64,000 nt of DNA from a bacterium. GTDB taxonomy: Bacteria; Patescibacteriota; Minisyncoccia; Phycocordibacterales; Phycocordibacteraceae. The notes under the pieces were generated by a model. The model searched no databases. It was not told where the DNA came from and saw only the letters and a program-made list of their open reading frames with translations. Location: NCBI GenBank assembly GCA_037200965.1, contig JBBCGK010000001.1:768001-832000 (forward strand), written 5' to 3'. Shown piece after piece: positions 25,426 to 35,293 of the stretch (within the stretch, counting starts at the first letter, position 1; the number at the start of each line of letters is the position of its first letter). The position numbers were made by a program, and so were the translations under genes.

Positions 25426-27081
25426 ATGGCAAAGCAGCCGCACAAATACATCTTCGTCGTCGGCGGGGTGATGAGCGGCGTGGGGAAAGGCGTCGCGACC
25501 GCGTCGATCGGGAAGATACTTTCCTCGCGCGGCTTCAAGGTGAACCTCGTCAAGATCGATCCGTACCTCAATGTCGATGCGGGCACGATGAATCCGACCG
25601 AGCACGGCGAAGTGTTCGTGCTCGACTCGGGGCTCGAGACCGACCAGGACATGGGCAACTACGAGCGCTTCCTCGGCCGCGGGCTCGGGCCCGAGGACTA
25701 TATGACTTCCGGGATGGTATACAAGGCGGTCATCGAGCGCGAGCGGGCGCTCGGGTACAAAGGCAAGTTCGTCGAAGCCATCCCGCACGTGCGCGACGAG
25801 ATCATCGAGCGGCTCGAGCGGGCAAGCGAGGCTGCAGGTTCCGATGTATCGGTCATCGAGATCGGCGGCACCGTGGGGGACTTCCAGAACGCCCTTTTCA
25901 TCGAGGCCGGACGCGTCATGCACATGCGGGATCCCCGGGACGTGCTTTTTATCATGGTCTCCTATCTTCCGGTTCCGGGCACCATCGGGGAAATGAAGAC
26001 CAAACCGACCCAAAGCGCGATACGGGATTTGAACCGCTATGGCGTGCAGCCCGAGATCATCATCGCCCGCTCGACGCACGCGCTTGACGCGAAGCGCAAG
26101 GAAAAGCTCGCCGTCTGGTGCAACGTCCTTCCCGAGCGCGTGATCTCCGCGCCGGACGTCAAAAGCGTGTATGACGTGCCGACGAATTTCGAGCGCGACC
26201 GGCTCTCCGATATCCTCCTTAAGATACTCGACCTCAAGACCCGGAAGAGCGCGGACCTCAGGGAATGGGAGCAGTTCGCGAAGCGCGCGCATAACGGCAA
26301 GTCAGCGGTCAAGATCGCGATTGTCGGAAAGTATTTCGATACGGGCGACTTCGTCCTCTCCGACGCCTATCTGTCCGTCATCGAGGCCATCAAGTATTCG
26401 GCGTACGCGCTTGGCGTCCGGCCCGAGCTCCATTGGCTTTCCTCGCACGAGTTCGAGAAGGACCCGAAGGCGGTCGCGAAACTGAAGTCGTACGACGGCA
26501 TCATCGTTCCCGGGGGCTTCGGCGAAAGCGGGATAGAGGGGAAGATACACGTGATCCGCTACGCGCGGGAGAAGAAGATCCCGTATTTCGGCCTCTGCTA
26601 CGGCATGCAGCTCATGACCGTCGAGTTCGCGCGAAACGTCGCGGGCCTCAAGGGCGCGAACACGACCGAGATCAACAAGGATACGCCGCATCCGGTGATC
26701 GATATCCTTCCGGAGCAGAAGGAAAAGCTTGAAAAGAAAGACTATGGCGGCTCCATGCGCCTTGGCGCCTATCCCTGCTACCTGAAGCCCGCAACCATCG
26801 CCCGCGCGGCATACGGGAAGGAAATGGTCGCCGAGCGGCACCGCCACCGCTACGAGGTCAATCCCGACTACGTCTATCGATTGCAGAAGGCGGGCCTCGT
26901 CTTTTCCGGCGTCTCTTCCTTCGCGCACGGGGGCGACCTCATGGAAATCGCGGAGCTTCCGAAATCGAAGCACCCGTTCATGCTCGGCACGCAGTTCCAT
27001 CCCGAATTCAAGGCGCGTCCGCTCTCGCCGCACCCGCTCTTCACCGCGTTCATCAAGGCCGCAAAGGGAAAAAAGAAATAG
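25426..27081 (+). CDS. pyrG: CTP synthase.
   Basis: N-terminal synthetase domain (YIFVVGGVMSGVGKGVATASIG) and a C-terminal class I glutamine amidotransferase domain (GLCYGMQ, H-P-E). Confidence 0.95.
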   Translation: MAKQPHKYIFVVGGVMSGVGKGVATASIGKILSSRGFKVNLVKIDPYLNVDAGTMNPTEHGEVFVLDSGLETDQDMGNYERFLGRGLGPEDYMTSGMVYKAVIERERALGYKGKFVEAIPHVRDEIIERLERASEAAGSDVSVIEIGGTVGDFQNALFIEAGRVMHMRDPRDVLFIMVSYLPVPGTIGEMKTKPTQSAIRDLNRYGVQPEIIIARSTHALDAKRKEKLAVWCNVLPERVISAPDVKSVYDVPTNFERDRLSDILLKILDLKTRKSADLREWEQFAKRAHNGKSAVKIAIVGKYFDTGDFVLSDAYLSVIEAIKYSAYALGVRPELHWLSSHEFEKDPKAVAKLKSYDGIIVPGGFGESGIEGKIHVIRYAREKKIPYFGLCYGMQLMTVEFARNVAGLKGANTTEINKDTPHPVIDILPEQKEKLEKKDYGGSMRLGAYPCYLKPATIARAAYGKEMVAERHRHRYEVNPDYVYRLQKAGLVFSGVSSFAHGGDLMEIAELPKSKHPFMLGTQFHPEFKARPLSPHPLFTAFIKAAKGKKK

Positions 27082-27137
27082 GCTTGCGTGTGTAAAGCGA
27101 AGGGGCGGCACCGGGATGAAACCCGGCGCCGCCCGTT

Positions 27138-27575
27138 TCAGAAGAATATCCTGATGTCGCGTATTGCCTCGTTTGCGTCACGCGGCCGATGCAGCGCGTT
27201 TCGCCAGTATTTCCGCCTGCCGCCGATGATATCGGCGTTCGGAATGCCGAACTGCCGGCGCAGCGTCGATTCATGGCATTTGCCCGGATTGGTTTCTTTT
27301 CCCGCGAGCGCGAAGAAACGACGTATCGCGTCTTTGCCCTCGAGGAGGAGGACCGGAGTCGCATGGCCGAGATAGTGGTCGACAGTCGCTTCCACGATCT
27401 CCTCGGGGCATCGCGGGTACATGCTCTGGATGGTGTTTAGCGCGTTGGCTCGGAAATCCCAGCGATATTCCCGCTGACCCACCACCATAAGTCCGATATT
27501 GGCGATACGGCGCCGTATTTCGGGCGCATACCGCACCGCCTCAGGTTTCAGCAGTGCAACAGTGTGTTCACGCAT
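27138..27575 (-). CDS. Nucleoside diphosphate kinase-like protein (divergent, catalytic His retained).
   Basis: ALLKPEAV aligns with NDK IMIKPDGV. TNPGKCHESTLRRQFG aligns with TNPADSKPGTIRGDF. NALHRPRDANEAIRDIRIFF aligns with NIIHGSDSVESAEKEIALWF. GGAG-type RBS upstream of the ATG at 27575. Confidence 0.6.
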   Translation of the reverse strand: MREHTVALLKPEAVRYAPEIRRRIANIGLMVVGQREYRWDFRANALNTIQSMYPRCPEEIVEATVDHYLGHATPVLLLEGKDAIRRFFALAGKETNPGKCHESTLRRQFGIPNADIIGGRRKYWRNALHRPRDANEAIRDIRIFF

Positions 27576-27663
27576 GGTGTTCTCCCGGAACTGTCTCGGA
27601 TTGCATCGTAACTCGTATGTAAGTTCGTGTCAAGCTCTGCTTCGTGCTGTATACTCGTGCGTA

Positions 27664-28248
27664 ATGGAGGAGATAGAAGCTAAGTTTCTTGGGATAGATA
27701 CCGAGACCATCGAAAAGAGACTTCAGGAGTTAGGGGCGATATTCGAAAAGGAACGCCTCATGTACGCGATATCGTTCGATTTTCCGGGATTTCCGCTCGA
27801 CGCGAACTCCGCGTGGGTCCGGCTCCGCAACGAAGGGGATGTAATCAAAATCGCGTTCAAACAACGGCTTGGGGTAAAGGCCGACGGCGGGAACGACGAC
27901 GGCATGAGAGAAATAGAAACCGAAGCAGGGCACTTTGAGGACATGCGTCAGATATTGCTTGCGATCGGAATGGTGGAGAAGTTCGTTATGGAAAAGAAGC
28001 GCCGTTCCTGGGTTAAGGATGGTATCCGTTACGATATCGATTTCTGGCCGCGGCTCGATCCGTATCTTGAGATCGAGACTGACAGCTGGGACAGGCTCGA
28101 GGAAGCCGCCCGCGAACTGGGCCTCAAGCCCGAAGAGAAGAAGATTTTCTCCGCAAGCCAGATTTATAAAATGGCGGGAATCAACGACACCGACTATGTT
28201 CAGATGACTTTTGCAGAGTGGGTGCCGAGAGATCCGTCCGCTTCGTAA
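27664..28248 (+). CDS. CYTH domain protein (triphosphate tunnel metalloenzyme; CyaB / ThTPase family).
   Basis: N-terminal EIEAKF (ExExK) signature at the ATG at 27664, followed by alternating acidic beta-strand motifs (DIDFWP, LEIETD). About 194 aa. Confidence 0.75.
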   Translation: MEEIEAKFLGIDTETIEKRLQELGAIFEKERLMYAISFDFPGFPLDANSAWVRLRNEGDVIKIAFKQRLGVKADGGNDDGMREIETEAGHFEDMRQILLAIGMVEKFVMEKKRRSWVKDGIRYDIDFWPRLDPYLEIETDSWDRLEEAARELGLKPEEKKIFSASQIYKMAGINDTDYVQMTFAEWVPRDPSAS

Positions 28249-28296
28249 AGCGAAAGGGCGGCACCGGGATGAACCCAGTGCCGCCCCGTAACATCT

Positions 28297-28740
28297 CTAC
28301 GCCCAACATTCGAAGAGCGACGCATCCCAGCGGGCTTCGTCCTGATTTGCCGGACGAAGAACGCCGTTCTTCCAGTATCGCAGGCCATCGCCGAGGTCGT
28401 CAGGGTGATGCACGCCGTACAGATAGCGGAGGGTACGTGTTCCGCATTCGCCAGGGCTCATCTGCGCGCCCGCAAGTTCGCGGAATCTTTCGATCGCATC
28501 GCGCCCGGTGATCAAGAGCATGGAGACGCGATAACCAAGAAAGCTTTGAACCGTCGCCTCGATGACATCGCCCGGGACGCGATACAGCAGATGACCCACG
28601 TATTCTTCGGTCTTCGCGCGGTTGTCGCAGTAAAAACTGGTTTCCCGCGAGATGGTCAGGCCGCTTACCGCGATGTTGCCGCGGATGGCAGGGAGGCGGC
28701 CGATAGCTTCCGGGCGGATAATGGCCACGGTGGATTGCAT
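28297..28740 (-). CDS. Nucleoside diphosphate kinase-like paralog lacking the catalytic histidine.
   Basis: VAIIRPEAIGR ... SPGECGTRTLRYLYG ... YWKNGVLRP aligns with the copy at 27138..27575, but the position of the phospho-His (NALH) is NGVL. GGAGT RBS upstream of the ATG at 28740. Confidence 0.55.
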   Translation of the reverse strand: MQSTVAIIRPEAIGRLPAIRGNIAVSGLTISRETSFYCDNRAKTEEYVGHLLYRVPGDVIEATVQSFLGYRVSMLLITGRDAIERFRELAGAQMSPGECGTRTLRYLYGVHHPDDLGDGLRYWKNGVLRPANQDEARWDASLFECWA

Positions 28741-28872
28741 GGGATACTCCTTACGCAGAGGAACTGTTGCGGTCCGTACCATACACCCCGCAGGAGTGGA
28801 TTGTCGAGCGGACGAAACCGATATCGTTTATGAAAAAAAGGACGGGCCCGAAAGCCCGCCCTCCATCTGCCT

Positions 28873-29508
28873 TTAGACCCTAGCAATCCGCGCCCAGAAC
28901 GTTTCACCGTCCTCCTCCGATCCCAGCTGCAAAGCAAACCCGCAAGCCGCAAGATGCGGAGTGAGGGTCTCCAGCGTCCAGTCGGTAACGAGCATCCTAT
29001 GCTCCGAAGGAATAAGGGGATTGTCGGCGCTCGTCAGTATCCGGTCACCCGTTCCTGACGAACCGATGATAATACCGGATGCCTCTGGCTTGAGGATCCG
29101 GCGGATGCTCGTAAGCGCGGCTTCTATGTTATGGCGCCGGATATGAGCCAACGAGAATGCCGCGACGAATCCGTCGCACCGTTCCGTGACGACCGATGCC
29201 AGATTAAGCACGTTTCCGATCCGGAAGTCGTTTTTCGGATAGCGGAAACGGGCGATAGCGACGAGTTCGGGGCAGGGATCCACCCCTATCGGGTGCCGTA
29301 TTCCGAGTTCGCCGAATGCTTCCATGGCGCCTCCGAACCCGCATCCGATATCCGCAACGACCGGATGCTCGGGTAGGGCATACCGCCAGTGCCATAAAAA
29401 CGAAGTGGCGGTCATGCGGTCGTCGAAGCTTGCGTAGGCAGCGGCCGTGGCGCCGTATGCGGCGAGTGTCGCCCGTTCCATTTCGTCCTGCGGTATGTGC
29501 GCGTTCAA
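28873..29508 (-). CDS. Class I SAM-dependent methyltransferase.
   Basis: Motif I VVADIGCGFGG, motif II-like PIGVDP, and a small Rossmann-fold layout. Confidence 0.7.
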   Translation of the reverse strand: MNAHIPQDEMERATLAAYGATAAAYASFDDRMTATSFLWHWRYALPEHPVVADIGCGFGGAMEAFGELGIRHPIGVDPCPELVAIARFRYPKNDFRIGNVLNLASVVTERCDGFVAAFSLAHIRRHNIEAALTSIRRILKPEASGIIIGSSGTGDRILTSADNPLIPSEHRMLVTDWTLETLTPHLAACGFALQLGSEEDGETFWARIARV

Positions 29509-29587
29509 GGGAACCTCCCCAATGTTTTTCCTGCCTCAATATAACTGTATATCTCTGTATGTCAAATAGCGACTCTTTGTCTGATTT

Positions 29588-30364
29588 CTATTGCCTCAGC
29601 CCAAGTCCTTTCTTTATGAAATACCAGTTGACGGCAAGGAGGATGCCCGCAAGCGCGACCAGAACTCCGGTCGAAGCGAAGATGGAGACGTCGGCAAAGC
29701 CGAGGAAGCCGTACCGGAATCCGTTCACGATATAGAAGATCGGATTGAAAAGCGTCGCTGTCTGCCACCAGTCCGGGAGCGTCCCGATCGAATAGAAGAC
29801 GCCGCCGAGATAGACGAGCGGGGTGAGGACGAAGGTCGGTACGATGGTGATGCCGTCGAAGTTCGTCGCATAGATGCCGTTTATGAGTCCGCCAAGGGCG
29901 AATACGAGGCTTGCGAGCACGAGGAAGAGAAGAACGATGAGCGGATGCGCGATCGAGGGGAGCGCGAAGAAAAGCGAAACCAGAAGCACGAGAATGCCGA
30001 CGAGGACGCCGCGGACGATGCCGCTCGCCACGTACCCGGCGATAAGCGTCACGGGAGAAGTGGGTGAGACAAGCACTTCGTCGATGTTGCGCGAGAAGAA
30101 CTTGGACGTGAAGAAGGTGGTCGCCACGTCGGTATACGCGTTCGTGATCACGGCGAGCATCACGAGTCCCGGGACGACGAAGAGGATATACGGCACGCCC
30201 TCGATGGTGCCGATCCGTGAGCCGAGGATCGCCCCGAAGACCGCGAAATAAAGCACGGACGTGACGAGCGAGGGAAGAAGCGTCTGCGACCAAATGCGGA
30301 TGATGCGCATCACGCCTTTGCGGAGGATCGTATAGAAGGAAACGAGCTGCTGGTCGAAGGGCAT
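29588..30364 (-). CDS. ABC-2 type transporter permease.
   Basis: 6 TM helices with the ABC-2 pattern. The start is adjacent to the upstream ATPase stop. Confidence 0.75.
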   Translation of the reverse strand: MPFDQQLVSFYTILRKGVMRIIRIWSQTLLPSLVTSVLYFAVFGAILGSRIGTIEGVPYILFVVPGLVMLAVITNAYTDVATTFFTSKFFSRNIDEVLVSPTSPVTLIAGYVASGIVRGVLVGILVLLVSLFFALPSIAHPLIVLLFLVLASLVFALGGLINGIYATNFDGITIVPTFVLTPLVYLGGVFYSIGTLPDWWQTATLFNPIFYIVNGFRYGFLGFADVSIFASTGVLVALAGILLAVNWYFIKKGLGLRQ

Positions 30365-30365
30365 A

Positions 30366-31124
30366 TCAGTTCTGGGTGAGCTTCACGAAAATATCCTCGA
30401 GCTTGCCGCCGCCGTAGCCGCTCGCGGGCGCGCTGTCGTCGTGAAGCGCGAGGATTTCCTGCATCGTGCCCTTGGCGACGATCTCGCCCTTGTTGATGAT
30501 CGCCACGTGCTTCGCGAGCCGCTCCGCTTCCTCGAGATAATGGGTCGTGAGGAGGATGGTGATGCCTGCTTTGGTAAGGGTCGTGAGATAGTCCCACATG
30601 CTTCTTCGAAGTTCCACGTCGACGCCTGCCGTCGGCTCGTCGAGGATGAGGAATTTCGGCTCATGGATGAGCGCGCGGGCGATCATGAGCCTTCGCTTCA
30701 TGCCGCCCGAGAGCTTGAAGCCGATCTGGCCGAGCTTATCGGAGAGTCCCATGTCGGCGAGGAGCTTCTCGGCGCGCGGTATCGCGATCTTTCTCGGGAT
30801 ACCGTAGTACCCCGCCTGGTTTACGAGAATATCCAAAGGCTTCTCGAAGGGATTGAAGTTGATCTCCTGCCCGCAGACTCCGATCATGGTACGTGCCTTT
30901 CCTGAATCCGTATCGATATCGTGCCCGAAGACCTTCACGCCGCCGCCTGTCTTGTTCACGAGTCCCGTGACGATGCCGATGATGGTCGTCTTCCCGGCAC
31001 CGTTGGGGCCAAGGAGCGCAAAGAAGTCGCCTGCGGGGACGGTGAGGGAGACGCCCTTGAGGGCTTCGGTGCCGGTATCGTATTTCTTCTTGAGGTCGGT
31101 AAGGACGAGCGCGGGTTCCTGCAT
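30366..31124 (-). CDS. ABC transporter ATP-binding protein (ABC-2 exporter partner).
   Basis: Walker A GPNGAGKTT, signature LSGGMKRRLMIARA, Walker B ILDEPTAGVD. Confidence 0.9.
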   Translation of the reverse strand: MQEPALVLTDLKKKYDTGTEALKGVSLTVPAGDFFALLGPNGAGKTTIIGIVTGLVNKTGGGVKVFGHDIDTDSGKARTMIGVCGQEINFNPFEKPLDILVNQAGYYGIPRKIAIPRAEKLLADMGLSDKLGQIGFKLSGGMKRRLMIARALIHEPKFLILDEPTAGVDVELRRSMWDYLTTLTKAGITILLTTHYLEEAERLAKHVAIINKGEIVAKGTMQEILALHDDSAPASGYGGGKLEDIFVKLTQN

Positions 31125-31309
31125 GAGGTTAGGAGTATAGCATATGCGACTTTTCCGGATTTTCTATGAATCTACGAAACGACCCTTGTTTCATAGGATG
31201 TGGAGAACTTTGCTTTCCGGGACCGGAAGAGTATAATAGAGGTCTAACAGCACCACCTCTGTCCTCACGGGCAGGGGTGGTTCTTTGTCTGGCTGGCTTA
31301 TAATTATCA

Positions 31310-31603
31310 AATGGCGAAAGAACGAGTTGCGGTGTACATCGACGGAGGCAACACCTAGATGTAAAGATCGCCGTGGATGTGGTCATCGGAGCCGCCGACG
31401 ACCTGTACGATACGGCGATTATCGTCAGTTCCGATACGGACCTCATACCGGCAGTTAAATATGTGCGCAACGGGAAGAAGAAGGCGGTCGAATACGTTGG
31501 CTTTGCAGGCTCGCCCTCGCTCGGCATGATCAAGGAGTGTAATCAGCAACGCCTTCCGGCGAAGGAAGACTTGTTGCCCTTTCAATATACAAAAGAGTCG
31601 TAA
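31310..31603 (+). pseudogene. Decayed NYN/LabA-like (PIN-like) nuclease gene: N-terminal MAKERVAVYIDGGN stub, in-frame stops, then a frameshifted C-terminal part.
   Basis: ATG GCG AAA GAA CGA GTT GCG GTG TAC ATC GAC GGA GGC AAC ACC TAG ATG TAA. A different frame then continues LDVKIAVDVVIGAADDLYDTAIIVSSDTDLIPAVKYVRNGKKKAVEYVGFAGS (the NYN D..I.VS.D.D motif). The middle of the domain is missing. Confidence 0.5.
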
Positions 31604-31618
31604 ACGACCGAAGGCGTT

Positions 31619-32344
31619 TTAGAGCGTGCGAAGTTCCTCGGTAAGCCGGTCTACGTAGGAAAAGAATTCCGGAGAGCGCGGATTGCGCGGCCGGGGAAGA
31701 TCGATCGCGATGGTCTTCCGTACCATCCCCGGATGTGCGCCCATGATGAGTATCTCGTCGGAGAGCTCTATCGCGTCCGGAATCAGGTGGTTCACCATCA
31801 GTATCGTCATGCCGTACTGCTTCCAGAGCTTAAGGAGGTCGGCTTTGAGTTCCTCGGCGGTGATGGTATCGAGGTTCGAGAACGGCTCGTCCATAAGGAG
31901 AAGATCGGGCGAGACGGCGAGCGCCCGGGCAAGCCCGACCCTCTGGCGCTGGCCGCCCGAGAGCGCGCCTGGATAGTGGCGCTCGAGGTGCGGAAGACCT
32001 ACCTCCATGAGTTTCTCCCGCGCTATCTTCTCGCGCTCCTTTCGGCCCATGCCTTCCATTTTGAGCCCGTATGCGACGTTTTCGAGGGCCGTGAGCCAGG
32101 GGAAGAGCGCGTAGTTCTGGAATACCATCGCCGGCTTCTTGAAGTCGCGCGCGATCTCGCCTTCGCGTACCGGAATGAGGCCGAGGATGGCGCGAAGCAG
32201 GGTCGATTTGCCCGCGCCCGAAGGCCCCGAGATCGAAACAAAGGAGCCCTTCTTCAAGAAGAATGAGATATTCCTGAGGACATCACCGTGCGCGAGGTCG
32301 TCGTGGAAGCCGATGCTGACGTCTTTGAGCGCGAGGGTGTTCAT
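31619..32344 (-). CDS. ABC transporter ATP-binding protein (SsuB/TauB/NrtD-like).
   Basis: Walker A GPSGAGKST, Q-loop, signature LSGGQRQRVGLARA, Walker B LLMDEPFSNLD. Confidence 0.85.
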   Translation of the reverse strand: MNTLALKDVSIGFHDDLAHGDVLRNISFFLKKGSFVSISGPSGAGKSTLLRAILGLIPVREGEIARDFKKPAMVFQNYALFPWLTALENVAYGLKMEGMGRKEREKIAREKLMEVGLPHLERHYPGALSGGQRQRVGLARALAVSPDLLLMDEPFSNLDTITAEELKADLLKLWKQYGMTILMVNHLIPDAIELSDEILIMGAHPGMVRKTIAIDLPRPRNPRSPEFFSYVDRLTEELRTL

Positions 32345-32345
32345 A

Positions 32346-33095
32346 TCATTCGCTGTAGTGTTTGGAGCTTTCGGCGAGAAGCGGAGCCCAGATAAGGCGG
32401 TTCAGCATGAAGACGAGGACGAGTATCGCGAGCGTTCCGGCGACCGTCGTCTGGCTTATGCCTTCCGTCCCGGCGGTCTTTATGAACGCGCCGAACCCGG
32501 TCGTGTCCGCGATGATCTCGGCACCGATGACCGCCTCCCAGCCGATCGCGATGCCGACGATGGAGCCCGTGAGGATGGCGGGGAAAGAGAGCGGGGCGAG
32601 ATAGTAGCAGATGCGGCGCCAGCCGTTCGCGCCGAAGATGGTCGCGGCGTCGTTTAAGTCGGCGTGTACGGTGCGTATCGCGGTCAGGGTCGAGAAGAGG
32701 ATCGGCCACACGATCGAACTCACGGCGAACAGTATGATCATCTCGTCCGTGAAGCCGAAGAAGTAGATGAAGATGGGGATGAGCGCGAAGGACGGCACAT
32801 TCTGGAGGACGTCGAAGAGGGGAAAGAGGAAGTCACTGAAGCGGCTCCAGCCTACAAGGAGCCCAAGCGCCGCCCCGAGCGCGAGCGCTATGACGTACGC
32901 GAGCGCGAGGCGGTACGTGGATCGTACGAGCGCTATGGCAAGCGTTGCCCAGTCTACGTTTGCGAAGTATCCGAAGACGCCGAATCCGATCGCGACGACC
33001 GCTATCGCGCCCACGATCGCCCATGCATGCCGGGCGTGCTTCGTGTGCGCCCGGTGTATGGCTTTCGTTGCCGGGTGCGCGAGGCTTCGTATCAT
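32346..33095 (-). CDS. ABC transporter permease (SsuC/TauC-like binding-protein-dependent transport family).
   Basis: 6 TM helices with an EAA-like loop, adjacent to the ATPase. No substrate-binding protein gene at this locus. Confidence 0.8.
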   Translation of the reverse strand: MIRSLAHPATKAIHRAHTKHARHAWAIVGAIAVVAIGFGVFGYFANVDWATLAIALVRSTYRLALAYVIALALGAALGLLVGWSRFSDFLFPLFDVLQNVPSFALIPIFIYFFGFTDEMIILFAVSSIVWPILFSTLTAIRTVHADLNDAATIFGANGWRRICYYLAPLSFPAILTGSIVGIAIGWEAVIGAEIIADTTGFGAFIKTAGTEGISQTTVAGTLAILVLVFMLNRLIWAPLLAESSKHYSE

Positions 33096-33168
33096 ACCTC
33101 CAGTTTACCGCGCTTAAGGTTGAATTACCGCCCGTTTTCCAGTATCGTCACCGAGTGCGGTATCATAT

Positions 33169-33242
33169 TGCCAGATCGTCTAAAGGTAGGACTCGAGACT
33201 CTGAATCTCGCTATCTAGGTTCGAATCCTAGTCTGGCAGCCA
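33169..33242 (+). tRNA. tRNA-Gln (anticodon CTG), CCA encoded.
   Basis: Acceptor TGCCAGA/TCTGGCA; anticodon stem CGAGA/TCTCG with loop CTCTGAA; T-arm CTAGG-TTCGAAT-CCTAG; G-CCA 3' end. Confidence 0.75.
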
Positions 33243-33398
33243 ATTTGAACTCTAAGCCTCCAGCCTTCAATATGAATGACGGAAAGCTTCAAACGGTTTT
33301 AAAAGGCGGTGCATCAAGGCAGGACTGAAAAGTCTCTAAAAGAAAACTTTAACGTGCACAACCTCCTCGAAAGAGGACGGAAAAGTAAGGGCAAGGCA

Positions 33399-35291
33399 AT
33401 GAAAATGGATATGAACAAACAAAGCTCAAACAATAAAAAAGTACACCTCACCTCCGCCAATCTCTCCGAGGAGAAGCTGTTTGAGCTACGCCGCATCCTT
33501 CCCGAAGCGTTCAGCGAAAACAAGATTGACTGGGAGAAGCTCCGCACCGTTCTTGGTGACGCAGTAGACGCCCATATCGAGAAGTTCGGCTTTACCTGGG
33601 CAGGAAAAAGCAACGCTATCAAGAATGTTTTGATACCAAGCAAAGCCACACTCAACCCCGCTCCCGACGAGAGCGTGAAGTTCGATGAAAGCGAGAATCT
33701 CTTTATCGAAGGCGACAACCTCGAAGTCTTGAAGCTCTTGCAAAAAGCGTACTTCGAGAAGGTGAAGATGATTTATATAGACCCGCCATACAACACGGGC
33801 GGCGACTTCGTGTATAAGGACAACTTTGCCGCACCGCTCGACAACTATCTCAAGCAGACCGGCCAGAAGAACGGCAACGGCGAGCATCTCACAACCAACA
33901 AGGAGACCAACGGCCGCTTCCACAGCGACTGGCTTTCAATGATGTACCCACGCCTCAAGCTCGCGTGGAATCTTTTGCGTGATGATGGAGTGATATTTGT
34001 TTCGATTGACGATAACGAAGTGCATCATTTGCGAATACTAATGAATGAGATTTTTGGTGAGGAAAACTTCATCACTAATTTTGTTTGGCACTCTAGTACA
34101 GGTGGTGGTATCAGAAGCAAGTTTGCAAACCAGTCTCATCAATACGTTCTATGCTATGCAAAGAGTGTAGAAGACGTTGAGATGTTCTATGCGCCTCTTT
34201 CTGAAGATGCGAAGAAGCAATATAAGAAAGAGGATGAAAAAGGAGTCTATCGGGAGAAGGATTTTGCTTGGAAAAACTCATCGTGGGGAGCAAATCAAAA
34301 ATACTTCATCGAGTGTCCTGATGGTGAAAAAGCGAGACCAAAGGACGGGTATCTTTACCGCTTCATCGAACCAACTTTCAAGGAGAGTCTGGCAAATAAT
34401 ATGGTTGTCTTCAAAGAAGCAAGAAATAGTCCACTGGTAAATGAAAAAGGCGAGCAATCAAAATGGAACATCTATATCAAAAAGTATTTAGGTGATGGGA
34501 CAGGTGCTCCTTCATCAGTCATTCCGCGAGATTTAGTAGGAATCAATAATGAAGGCACTACAGAACTCAATGAACTGTTTGGTTCGAGTTTGTTTGAAAG
34601 CCCGAAGAATGTCCGGCTTTTGACATACCTACTCTCGTTAGCAGATAGCGATGATGGCGACATAATCCTCGATTTCTTTGCTGGCTCTGGTAGCACCTCT
34701 CACGCAGTGATGGCTCTGAACCAAAAGGATGGAATCAATAGAAAGTGGATTGTGGTTCAACTTCCAGAAAAGACTGACACGGATAGTGCCGCGTACAAAG
34801 CTGGATACAAAACCATTGCTGAACTTTCTGTAGAACGCATACGTCGCGCCGCGAAAAAGCTGGATGTCCAAGACGGCTTCAAGGTATTTAGACTGGCAGC
34901 ATCAAACTACCCAGAGAATACTTTTGAGTTCGACCCAGACAAGGCCGAGGAAGAGAACAAGGCGGCCTTCGAGGATTATTTGAAGCAAGCAAAGCGCGCC
35001 AAGCTTATTGACGACCTAGACGAGACGAGCGTCATCTACGAAAACATCGTCAAGGAAGGATTCTCGCTCAACTCCAAGATTCAGGAAGGCGTGCCAGGAA
35101 ACAACAAGGTCTACACCATCACCGACGGCGACCGGCAGTTTTCTATCTGCCTCGACCGTTCGATTGATGACACGACCGTAAAGAACATCACGGAGTGGGC
35201 TAAAGGAGCGACCTTTATCTGCTTCGATAATGCGCTCTCTGACAGCCAGAAAGCAAACCTCGGCCTCCACGTGGAGCTGAAAACGATATAA
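33399..35291 (+). CDS. mod: Type III restriction-modification system methyltransferase subunit (Mod; N6-adenine MTase).
   Basis: DPPY catalytic motif (IYIDPPYNTGGDFVYKDNF) and SAM-binding FxGSG (DFFAGSGST). Directly upstream of, and 3 nt from, a res-like helicase/endonuclease gene. Start taken at MKMDMNK (33399). GC is lower than the host. Confidence 0.85.
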   Translation: MKMDMNKQSSNNKKVHLTSANLSEEKLFELRRILPEAFSENKIDWEKLRTVLGDAVDAHIEKFGFTWAGKSNAIKNVLIPSKATLNPAPDESVKFDESENLFIEGDNLEVLKLLQKAYFEKVKMIYIDPPYNTGGDFVYKDNFAAPLDNYLKQTGQKNGNGEHLTTNKETNGRFHSDWLSMMYPRLKLAWNLLRDDGVIFVSIDDNEVHHLRILMNEIFGEENFITNFVWHSSTGGGIRSKFANQSHQYVLCYAKSVEDVEMFYAPLSEDAKKQYKKEDEKGVYREKDFAWKNSSWGANQKYFIECPDGEKARPKDGYLYRFIEPTFKESLANNMVVFKEARNSPLVNEKGEQSKWNIYIKKYLGDGTGAPSSVIPRDLVGINNEGTTELNELFGSSLFESPKNVRLLTYLLSLADSDDGDIILDFFAGSGSTSHAVMALNQKDGINRKWIVVQLPEKTDTDSAAYKAGYKTIAELSVERIRRAAKKLDVQDGFKVFRLAASNYPENTFEFDPDKAEEENKAAFEDYLKQAKRAKLIDDLDETSVIYENIVKEGFSLNSKIQEGVPGNNKVYTITDGDRQFSICLDRSIDDTTVKNITEWAKGATFICFDNALSDSQKANLGLHVELKTI

Positions 35292-35293
35292 CT

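Noticed and set aside
33309-33398. N-terminal extension of the mod ORF starting at a GTG at 33309.
   Set aside because: The extension overlaps the tRNA-Gln 3' flank. The ATG at 33399 (MKMDMNK) gives a cleaner start.
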